A stretch of DNA of 64,000 nt, from NCBI GenBank assembly GCA_963781675.1, contig CAWAGF010000001.1, forward strand, positions 764,280 through 828,279, read 5' to 3'. The notes beneath the pieces are model-generated. The model was given only the letters and a program-made list of their open reading frames with translations. It made no database searches and was not told the origin of the DNA. Position numbers and translations under genes: made by a program. Of the stretch, positions 53,701 through 64,000 are shown in pieces. How positions within the stretch are numbered: position 1 is the first letter of the stretch; every line of letters starts with the position of its first letter. Source of the DNA: an uncultured Actinomycetota bacterium (GTDB lineage: Bacteria; Actinomycetota; Actinomycetes; Mycobacteriales; SCTD01).

Positions 53701-56700
53701 ACGGCAGCACGCTGACCGTCGAGGTGGGCACCACGACGATCGGCATCGGCGACGCCACGGTCTTCGTCGGCTACCACCCGGGCGCGTTCTCGGACGACCC
53801 GGAGATCCCGCTGTCGTGCGCCGCCCTGGTGGCCGACGCCAGTCGGCTTCTGCGCCGAGCAGATCGACGTCGCCCTCGTGCTCGCCTCGCTCACCGACGC
53901 CGAGGCCGTCACCGGGTACGCCCTCCCCAGCTTCACCGCCGCGAAGATCAGCATCGGCGACGTCGACCTCCTCGGACTCCCGGACGAGCTCGAGCTCGAC
54001 CTCGAGGGCATCGCGCTGACGATCAACCGGGGCGGCGCCGTCACCAAGGGCACGACGCGCACGGCCGTAGCGGGCAGCAAGGCGTGGATCGACTGGGCGG
54101 CCTCCTTCGAGGGCGACGACGAGACGCCCGCGGGCCTCGACGTGGAGACCGGCTCCGGGACCGCCTACCTCGACCTGCGCGACCCCGTCCTGGGCGTGTC
54201 CGCCGACGCGGTGACCATCACCATCGACGCGTTCGTCAGCATCCGCGGCAGCTTCGCCTTCCAGCAGGGCGGGCTGGTCGACCTGGCCGTCCGCACGCCG
54301 AGCCTCACCGCGGACCAGATCGGCCGGCTCGCCGGCGACGTCACGGGCGCCACGGCGGTCGACGGCGGCCTGCTCGTCACGGGCGTCACGACGACGGCGA
54401 TCGGCATCGGCGGCGCGAACGTCTACGTCGGCTACGCGGCAGGCGGCTTCGACGACGACGGCGCCCCTGTGGACCCGGCCGAGTTCTACGGGCTCGAGGC
54501 GACCGGGATCGACTTCGGGCTGGTCGTCGCCAAGGTCGTCCCCTCCGGCCTGGCGGTCACGCACACGCTGCCGAGCTTCGTCGGCTTCGCCGCGACGCTG
54601 GACGAGCTCGGCTTCGTCGGCATCCCCAAGGACCTGGTCGAGATCGGCCTGTACGACCTGACGTTCGGCTACAACAGCGCGCGGCCCGTGACGGGCCCGG
54701 GGCTCGTGGGCGCCCTCGCCTTCGCGGACTGGTCCGCCTCGACCAGCTCCTCCGACCCCGACGGGGCCGCCGGGGGCATCGTCGTCGCGACCGACGGGGT
54801 CGGCGGCTCGGTCCTGCTCGACCACGACAACGCGATGGTCGGGGTCTCCGCGGAGCGCGCGGTGCTGGGCTTCGGCGACTTCGTCCGCATCAGCGGCTCC
54901 TTCTCCTTCCAGCGCGGCGCGCTCGAGGAGGTGACCGCCGGCGTCTCCGGGCTCAACCTCGGCCAGTACGAGGCCCTGCAGCTCGCGACGGTCAACAACG
55001 ACGTCACCGTCACCGGCAACGTCGTCGGTCCCGAGGTCTCGCGGGTGCGCATCCACGACCTGCTGGTCCGCACCACCCTCATCGGCCTCGACGACGCCGG
55101 CGTCTTCGTGGGCTACAACCCGGGCGGCTTCGACGACGACGAGGCCGTGGACTGCGCGGCTCTCGACGCCGACCTGGACGCGCGCGGCGCCTTCGGCCTC
55201 TGCCTCGACGACATCTCGCTCGGCCTCGTGCTCGCGCAGGCGCTGCCGAACCAGATCGGGGCGCTCGGCGCACCGAAGTACACGGCGCTCCGCGCGAACC
55301 TCGGCGTGTTCGACGCCGCCGTGAACCTGCTCGGCCTCCCGGACTTCTCCGAGTGGCTCACCCTCCAGCTGAAGGGGCTGGAGCTGACCGTGAACCGCGG
55401 CAAGCTCACCGCCGCGCCCTTGTCCGCCACCTGGATCGACTGGGCCGACAGCTTCCCCGGCACCGGCGGCGGTCCGGTCGGCCTGCCGGTCCCGACGGGC
55501 GGCGAGGACGTGCTCATCGACTTCGCCAGCCCGGTGGTCGGCGTCTCCGCCGACTACGCGCGGCTGACCATCAGCGACTTCGTGCACGTCTCCGGCGGGT
55601 TCGCGTTCCGGGCGGGCGGTCTGGAGGAGGTCGACGTCGACGTGCGCGGACTGACCGGCCTCACGCAGCTGCGCGACGTCGAGGTCAAGACGACGACCTT
55701 CGGCATCAGCAACGGCTCCGTCTTCGTCGGCTACGCGCCCGGTGGCATCGACCTCGGCGAGGACGACGAGGAGACGGCGGAGCGCGAGGACCTGCTGCTG
55801 ACCGAGGACGAGCTCGGCGAGGACGCCACGGGCCTGCTGCTCGTCGACGTCGACCTCGGCATCGTCTTCGCGACGCCCACCAAGCCGTACCCGCTGGGCA
55901 TCACCAAGCTGCCGACCTTCATGGCGCTCAACGCGCACGTCGGCGACTTCGTCCCGGTCGGCCTCGAGCTGTCCTTCGTCGAGCTGCAGCTGCACGACCT
56001 CGGCCTGCTCCTCAACCGCGGTGGTCCGGCCTCCGGCACGGGGATCAACGGCCAGGCCACCATCGACTGGGGCGGCAGCTTCGACGGCGGCTACCTCATC
56101 CCGACCAGCACCACCGACGCCGAGCCGATGCGCATCGACGTGCGGGGGCCGGTCGTGGGGCTGTCGGCCGGCCGCGCGGTCGTCTCCCTCAGCGACTTCG
56201 TCCACGTCTCGGGCGGCTTCTCCTTCATCAAGGGCGAGACGCTCAGCGTCGACATCAACCTCAACGCGGGCGTGCTCGGCGCCGCCGCCATCTCGACGAT
56301 CCTGACCGCGTCCAGCACGGCATGTACCGCAACGCCGACGGGACCGTGCTGTTCGCGGTGCCGGTGGACACCATCCAGATCGGCGTCCGCAACGCCTCGA
56401 TCTTCCTGGGCTACAACCCGACCGACGGGGCGACCTTCGACCTGGGTGCGGACGACCCGGACACCCTGGACGTCGACGAGAGCCTCGTGCTGGGCCGTGA
56501 GGACCTGTCGGACGACGCCGTCGGCCTGCTCGCCAGCGACCTCGACCTCGGCATCGTGCTGTCGACGATCGTGCCGGACAAGCGGCTCAACCTGCTCGGC
56601 ACGCTGCCCCGCTTCGTGACGGTCAGCGGATCGGTCGAGGAGTTCACGGCCCTCGGCTTCGAGGACTTCGTGACGCTGGACGTGCGCCGGGCGCGCGTCG

Positions 56701-58300
56701 AGGTCAACTACGCCGGCAAGTGGGGCAGCTTCGCGACCGCCTCGACCGGCCCGGCCATCGACTGGACCACCCAGACCTACGACGACGACAACGACGACAG
56801 CACCGCCGAGGTGGCCGGCGGGTACGGCATCGCCACCGGCGGCAGCAACGACGACGTCGTCGTCAAGATGTCCAACTACGTCCTCGGCGGCGGCGCCGAC
56901 CTGCTCGTGCTGGGCATCGGAGAGTTCGTGCACCTGCGCGGCTCGGCGTACTTCGAGATGGGCCAGACCCTCACCGTGCCGCTGGCCGGCGTCGTGGACG
57001 ACGCGGCGCTGGCCGCGCTCGGACCGGACGTGGCGAGGTTCGCAGGGGTGAACGAGAAGGAGCTGCGGTTCCTCACCTTCGGCGGCCAGGACCTCTACGC
57101 GTTCATCGGCGTCGGCGGCCCGCACTGGCTCACCGAGGACGAGAGCGACCTGAGCAGCGACGTCCGCTTCGAGTGCGACCCGGGGGCCGCCGGCTGCGTC
57201 CCGGCGACCGACGACGACCCCGGCAGCTGCGGGCCGGACAGCAAGCCCCTTGACGGCTTCGCCGAGGCCGAGAGCAACCCGCTGTGCCGCGCGATGGTCA
57301 ACCCGAACGCCGTGGGCATCGCGGTCTCCGACCTCGACTTCGCCTTCGCCATGGGCACCCCGACGCTGCAGGTCGACCCGACGCGCTACTACACGCTGCG
57401 CGCCCGGATCGACGACGCCGGCCTCATCGGGCTCGAGAGCGAGGGCCTGGTCGCCCGTCTGCGCGGAGTGACCGTCGAGGTGAACGTCGCGACCCCGACG
57501 GTCGGGGCCTTCCCGCTGCTGCCGGTCATCGACTGGAAGGCGCACGCCCTCGCGAGCGGCTGCGACCAGGCGGCCGTCGACGCCCTGCTCGGCGGCGGCA
57601 CCCCCTCGGGCGACTGCGAGCCGTTCGGCGTCCGCACCGGCCGCGTCGTCGCCGGCCAGGACGTGCGGGAGTACTTCCTCTACGACGGCCTCTACGTCCG
57701 CGCGGCGGTCCGCCTGGCGCAGATCGACCTCTTCGGCGTCCTCGTCGCACGGGGTTCGCTCGCCCTGGTGCTCGGTCCGGTCACGGACGTGGTCCTCACC
57801 GACGGCACGCCGGTGACCGGGGTGACCACGATGACGATCGGGGGGTCGGACCTCTACGGCTTCCTCGGCTCGGACGGCCCGCACTGGGTCGAGGACCCCG
57901 ACACCGAGGAGATCCTGTACACCGACGACGGCACCGTCGACGGGGAGGTCTGCCTCGCCGGGAGCGCCGGCTGCACCCTCGTGCGGAACCCCGACGCGGT
58001 GGGCCTCGCCCTGAGCAAGATCGACTTCGGGGTCTTCATCGGCGCCAAGCTCGACCCGCAGGCACCGGCCGCCTACGTCGCCGCGAAGGTCAGCTTCGAC
58101 GGCCTCGACCTGGTGGGCGTGCCCGGCGTCGTCGTCACCGGAATGCTGGCCCTGAGCCTGAACCTCGGCTTCGCCCTCGGCGGCAGCACGAGCGCCTCGA
58201 TCGCGGGCATCAGCTTCGGCGCGAGCTTCCCGTACACCGGCAGCGCGACCGACGGCGTGGACGGCTTCCTGCTCGACACGGGCAACCCGGACGCGCCGCT
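50800..58300 (+). repeat. about 11 tandem, diverged 180-260 aa protein modules of unrecognised type
   Basis: The recurring order is DFV..GSFSF..G, then TTT.IGI..A.VF.G..PG.F, then AVGLCA..IDLGLVLA, then LPSF.A.....I......GLP, then ..NRGG, then IDW..SF, then LD..DPV.GVSA. The NRGG-type markers fall near 51708, 52260, 52800, 53392, 54025, 54670, 55393, 56013, 56703, 57480 and 58150. Confidence 0.65.
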
Positions 58301-60099
58301 CCTGCTGGACTACGAGAGCACCTTCCTGCAGGTGCAGCTGACCGGGGCGATCGAGATCCGCGCCGGACCAGAGGACGACGCCAAGCCGCTCGTGCGCATC
58401 GACGGGATCTTCTTCCTCGGCGTCGGCCTCGACGCCGGTGCGGAGTCGTTCCGCCTCCTCGCCCTCGGCGAGATGACCGTCGGCCCGGACATCGGCTCCG
58501 ACGACCCGCTGCTCAGCATCGGCGCGGTGGGCGTGCTGGTCCTCGACCAGGACGGCGTGGCGGGTGACTTCACCGTCAACCTGCAGGCCGGTGGACCGCT
58601 GTCCGACGTGCTCTCCCTCTCCGTCTACGCCCGCGTCGTGTTCAACACCGCCGGCAAGGACATGACCGTCGAGCTCCCGGAGGAGCTCTCCGGCTACCTG
58701 ACCGACCTGGGCACCTCGTCCGTCAAGGGCGTGAGCAACCCGGGCAGGCTCGCCGACGCGCTGATCGACCGCCTGGAGCCCTGTGGCGACCTGCTCTGCT
58801 ACACGATCAGCGGCCGGTCGCCGAACCTCGTGTCCGGTACCGGCCCGGACGACGCGACGATCGCCTGGCTGCTCGGCGACGGCCCGAAGCCCGATCTCAG
58901 CGGACAGGACCTCGAGCCCTACCTCGTCGCCGTCGTGGACGGGAGGCTCACCCTCGTCGGCTTCGCCTCCGCGACCGTCTTCGGCGCGATCCGCATCGCC
59001 GACAGCGAGTTCGAGCTCATCGCGGACCTCCAGTTCGAGCTCGGGACCAGCCGCGACGTCGGCCTCATGGTCGATGTCAGCGCCATCGCCGAGATCTCCT
59101 CGGCAGGCTTCTACCTGCAGGCCACCGTCGACCTCGAGGCCAACCTGCTCTCGGTCTTCGACCTGGACGTGTCCGGCACCCTGACGATCGACACCCGCGG
59201 CAGCTCGACCGCCTTCGAGCTCGGCCTGAGCGGCTCGGTCAACGTCCTCAACGTCGTCCGCCTGAACGCGACGATCGCCATCAAGGTCGGCGGCGCGCTC
59301 GGCGAGGACGCCTGGTACTTCGGCGCGACGGTCGAGGGCAGCTTCGGCCCGCTGAGCCTGAAGGGCGGCGGCTTCGTCTCCTCGTGGGGCAGCTTCTCCT
59401 TCGACCTGTCCGGCAGCGTCGACCTGTCGATCGCCGGGACGGGCATCGAGGGCGGCCTGTCCGCGCACCTCTCCTACTGCGCCCGAGTGGACGGTGCGTC
59501 CGCCTACGACCGCCGCTGCGCGGACGACATCCGGACCGACATCCTCGACGGCACGGTGGACCAGGCCAAGCTCGACCTGATCCACGACTTCCAGACCGAG
59601 GGCGGCCCGCTGAACGCCGGCGGTCGCACGTTCGTCGTCGCGCTGGACGGCCGTGTCGCCGTGAAGATCATCGGCATCACGCTGGCCGGCGTCGGCGTCG
59701 GCGTCGAGGCAGCAGGCGTGCTCGGCGGGCTGGTCCAGGTCCGGGCGACCTTCACCGTCGAGACCATCTTCGGCGACATCAGCCGCACCGTGACCATCGC
59801 GACGTTCCAGCTGCCGACGTCGCTGGTGAACGGCAGGCCGAAGCCGCCCGTGCTCGCGACCGTCGACCCCGCCGACGCGACGGTCCTGCTGCTGAACGTG
59901 GGTGACCGCGCCGGCAACCGGGAGGTCCGGCCGCTGGAGGAGGACGAGGACTACACGATCACGCAGTCCGGTGGGGTCGTCACCGTCTCCGCCTTCGGGT
60001 GGACCGAGTCGTTCACCGGCATCACCCACATCTCCGGTGACTTCGGGAGCGGCCGGGACAGCCTCACGGTCTTCCCGTCCGTCACCGCCAGCGTCACCG

Positions 60100-60300
60100 C
60101 CACGGGTGGCGCCGGCGATGACCGCCTGGCGCACGCCGGCAGCGGCGTCGCCGACCTCAGCGGCGGCGACGGCGACGACGTCCTCATCGGCGGCCTGGGC
60201 GCGGACACGCTGCGCGGCGGGGCCGGTGACGACTTCCTCGACGGCGGCCCCGGCGTCGACCTGATGTACGGCGGTGAGGGGGACGACACCTTCTTCGGCT
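60100..60300 (+). other. RTX-like Gly/Asp calcium-binding repeats in the giant protein
   Basis: GGAGDDRLAHAGSGVADLSGGDGDDVLIGGLGADTLRGGAGDDFLDGGPGVDLMYGGEGDDTFFG. Looser GGxGxD / G.D.D repeats recur at 49980-50100 and 61500-62600. Confidence 0.65.
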
Positions 60301-62689
60301 TCGGCCACCAGATGGCCGGCGAGACCCTGGACCCGGGCGAGGGCTACGACCGCATGGAGGTCGTGGGCCGCGACACCGGCGAGACGATCACGCTGGACGC
60401 CGTCGGCACCGACCTGCAGCTGGACTACGACGGCGCGGGCACCACGCTGTCGCCGTTGGTGCTCACCGGCATCGACGAGCTCCTGCTCCGCCTGAGCGGC
60501 AGCGACGCGCTCACCGTGCAGGGCGACGTCCGGACGCAGCTCGCGGTCCTGACCGTCACCTCAGCGCCCTACCGCAGCCAGCAGGTCGCGACCCAGGCAG
60601 ACGTGGACGCGAAGCTCGCGGCCAAGGTCGGCGACGTGATCGCCACCGCCCTGGCCAGCAACGACAGCATCACGCTCGTGCTCGACGACGCGGCCGTCGC
60701 CGACACGGTCGTGATCAGCTCGGCGATGAGCGCGGCACCCAAGACCTTCTCCCAGGGCGACGGCGTGTTCGGCCTCGCGAGCACGAACGGCAGGTCCGTC
60801 GCGACGACCACCGTCCGGTGGACGAGCGCGGGCTTCCTGTTCACGATCGCGAACACCGGCCTCACCGCGGACGACCACGACCTGCTCACGATCCGCACCG
60901 GTGGCGGCACCGACGACGTCGCCGTGCGCAGCCTGCTGACCGACCTCGCCCTCGACCTCGGCGACGGGGACGACGTCGTCGTCGTCGGCAGCGCTGCCGA
61001 CTGCTCCGCCGGCACCTGCACCAACGCCGCCGGAACGGTCGACCGCGTCCTCGCGCCGCTCAGGGTCACCGCCGGCGCCGGCACCGACCGCCTGGACGTC
61101 GAGGACACGACGGACACGACCGGCGACGCGCTGCTGGTGACCAGCGGCCTGGTGTCCGGCCTGGACATGCACCCGACCGGCATCCGCTACAGCGGCCTCG
61201 AGCAGCTCGACGTCCGCACCGGCAGCGGCGCCGACCTCGTCAGCGTCCGGTCCACGTCGGCCGTCACGACGATCGAGAGCCGCGGGGGCGACGACGTCTT
61301 CCACGTCTCGTCCGACGCACCAGCCGATCTCGGCAGCCTGGACGGCATCGCCTTCGCGCTGACGCTCCTCGGCGGCAACGGCGCTCGACACCGTGCACCT
61401 CAGCGACCGCGGCGACAGCACGGGCGACACCGGCACCCAGACGTCCACGACCCTGACCGGCTTCAGCCCGGCGGTCATCACCTACACCGCGTTCGAGACC
61501 CTCGACCTCGACCTCGGCAGCGGGGCGGACCACCTCACCCTCACCTTCACCGCGCCGGACCTCATCACGGTCCACACCGGGGACGGCGCGGACGTCGTGA
61601 CGCTCACGGCCGCTCCGGTCGGCGCGCGCGTCACCCTCGAGGCCGGCGGCGGCGACGACCGCGTCGAGGTCCTGGCCAGCGCGGGGACCCTGCTCGTCGA
61701 CGGGGGGCAGGGCTCCGACAGCACCGACCTCCACCTGCTCGGGACCGGCGACGCGCGCACCGATGTCCGGGACACCGGGTCGATCGGCACGAACCGCCTG
61801 GTGCTGTGGGGCTCCGCGTCCGACGACACCCTGCTGCTGCGCCGCGACCTCGTCGCGCTGCTGAACGACCCGCTGCCCAGCGGTGCCTTCGCGAGCGCCG
61901 AGCTGGTGACCTACGACGACGGCATCGACAGCCTCGTGCTGAACACCCTGGCCGGGAACGACCACGTCTCCTTCGACGACGTCTCCGCGGCCACCACCGT
62001 CAACGGCGGCGCCGGCGACGACGTCTTCCAGGTCGGCCAGCTCTACAGCGACGCCTGCGCCACCGCCGGCAGCGCGAACCCCTGCTTCGACCTGCGCTTC
62101 GTCCCGCCGACGCTGGTGGACACGACGCAGGGCATGGTGTCCAACGGCATCAGCCAGGCGACCACCCTCAACGGCGGCGAGGGCGCCGACCTGTTCCTGG
62201 TCTTCCGGAACAAGGCCGTCCTCACGCTGAACGGCGAGAACGGCGACGACACCTTCGTCATCCGCACGTTCCTCGAGGAGGACTCGGAGACGCAGCTCAC
62301 CGCGGGCGACGGCGCCGACAGCATCTCGTACGTCATGAACGCGCCGGTCAGCATCAACGGCGGTGACGGCTACGACCGGCTGTTCGTCATCGGCACCGAG
62401 GCCGACGACACGTTCGTCGTCACCTCCGCGGGCGTCTACGGCGCCGGTCGCTACGTCAGCTTCGTCGGGATCGAGCTGCTGGTCGTCGACGCGGCGGAGG
62501 GCGACGACCGCATCACGGTGCTGTCGACCGCACCGGGCCTCGACGTCCAGGTCTTCGGCGGCCTCGGCAGCGACGTCGTCGACGTCGGAGGTGACGCCGC
62601 GCCGGTCGCCGCCGACGACCTCAACGGGCACAGCGGGCTGGTCGTGCACTCCGTCGAGTCAGGCAGCGTCCTCGCAGGTCGACCCGTCG

Positions 62690-64000
62690 ACGGCATCGCG
62701 GTGGAGGTGGCGGACGACGACGCCCCCGCCGTCCTGCTCACGCCCTCCGGCGGCTCGACCGTCGTCCGCGAGGGCTCGACGGCGACCGACTCGTACACCG
62801 TCGTGCTGACGCGGGCGCCGAGCACGGACGTGCGGGTGGCCGTCACGACCGCGGAGCTCACGCCGGACCAGGCCGCGGCCGGGATGCGCGGCGTCGAGCT
62901 CTCCCTGGACGGCCGGACCTGGTCGTCCGCGGTCGAGCTCCTCTTCACCGCCGGCACCTGGAGCACCGAGCGCACCGTGCTGGTCCGGGCCGTGCAGGAC
63001 GCGGCGGCCGAGGGCGCCGAGACCACGGTCCTGCAGCACACGGTCCGCGGCCAGCTCGACGGAGCGGTCGCCTCGGCGGGCGGCAGCAGCCTGACCGTCA
63101 GCGGCACGCCCTTCGGCGACCTCGCCCTCGTCGGGCGCCAGGTCGTGATCACGGCCGGTCCCGGAGCGGGCCAGGTGCAGACCATCACCGGCCGGCAGGG
63201 CAGCACCCTCGTGCTCGGCGGCGTCTGGACGGCGCTGCCCGGTGCCGGCAGCACCTGGCAGGTCCGCGGCATCGGCGAGTACGACGAGCTGGCCCTGAAC
63301 GTGCTGCCCGTGCTGGTCGTGGACGACGACGTGTCGGAGCTGGTGCTCACGCCCAGCGACGGCACGACGGTCGTGGGCGAGAAGGGTCTGCGGGACAGCT
63401 ACACCGTGGAGCTGAGCGCCCCCCGCGCCGTCCCGACGGTCATCACCGTCGCCGCGTCGGCCGACGTCTGCCTGTCCACCGACGCGAGCGCTGCCGCCAC
63501 GGCCGACTGCGCCGGCCTGCGGCTGGTCCTGCCCGCCGGCGCCGGCCCGGTCACGGTGTGGGTGACGGCCAAGGACGACGCGCTCGTCGAGAGCTTCGAG
63601 CAGGTCCGCCTCGACCACGCCGTCGACGGCGTCGCTGCCGGCTTCCTCTCCGTGCTCGTCACCGACGACGACGTGGCCGACGTCCTCGTCGTCGAGTCCG
63701 ACGGCTCCACCCAGGTGGCGGAGGGCGGCCGCACCGACGGCTACACCGCCGTCCTCACCAAGGACCCGGGCGGCACCGTCACGGTGACGGCCACGGCGGT
63801 CGCCACCACGACCCAGTACGTGTCGCCCACGGGCGTGCGGACGACCCGCACGGAGCAGCAGGTCGAGCTGAGCCTGGACGGCCTCGCCTGGTCGTCGTCC
63901 GTCGCCCTCGTCTTCACCAGCGCCAACTGGCAGGCCGGCATCCCGGTGCAGGTGCGGGCCGTGCAGGACGGCGTCGTCGACGGCAGCGTCCTGCAGGCCT
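62690..64000 (+). other. Calx-beta-like units in the giant protein
   Basis: Units are bounded by V.V.DDD (VEVADDDAPAVLLTPSGGSTVVREG..DSYTVVLTRAP; VLVVDDDVSELVLTPSDGTTVVGEKG..DSYTVELSAP; VLVTDDDVADVLVVESDGSTQVAEGG..DGYTAVLTKDP). Confidence 0.6.

Larger units (their letters stand above)
48764..64000 (+). pseudogene. giant exported repeat protein (>5000 codons, 3' end beyond the window); frame broken 4 times as sequenced
   Basis: GTG at 48764, 5 nt after GGAGGA; ATG 48719 is an alternative start. The N-terminal hydrophobic segment is ALVLAVALLAQV. A continuous protein-like reading needs frame changes near 52135 (+1), 53841 (+1), 56305 (-1) and 61385 (+1). The last frame stays open to nt 64000, so it is absent from the ORF track. 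Confidence 0.8.

Overview
Very GC-rich actinobacterial chromosome segment; real frames have almost all G/C at codon position 3, and Arg/Pro/Ala shadow ORFs fill the other frames. All product calls come from motifs read by eye, with no database search. From memory of the M. tuberculosis map (Rv1080c to Rv1112), the backbone follows the conserved actinobacterial core order: greA, DUF4307, mca, arfB, pckG, a cis-prenyltransferase, phoH2, fumC, xthA, glpX, xseB/xseA, ispH, rmuC, ychF. Three regions look accessory. (1) About 7 kb between phoH2 and fumC (22860-30250) holds a decayed GlgC-family gene, a 53-aa secreted two-Cys peptide followed by a strong hairpin, a polytopic histidine kinase with a LuxR-type regulator, a 760-aa exported beta-sandwich repeat protein and an exported subtilisin. 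(2) Two small islets lie downstream of ychF (45857-47784): a lower-GC esterase gene and a yefM-yoeB toxin-antitoxin pair. They are bounded by three copies of the ychF 3' end. (3) A giant exported protein gene starts near 48764 and runs off the window, more than 15 kb and more than 5000 codons. It has an N-terminal metzincin-like motif, about 11 tandem 180-260 aa modules I do not recognise, RTX-like Gly/Asp repeats and Calx-beta-like units. At least 12 single-nucleotide frame breaks interrupt otherwise intact genes, including fumC and phoH2. Assembly or sequencing indels explain this better than real pseudogenisation. I saw no rRNA, tRNA, CRISPR array, transposase or integrase.
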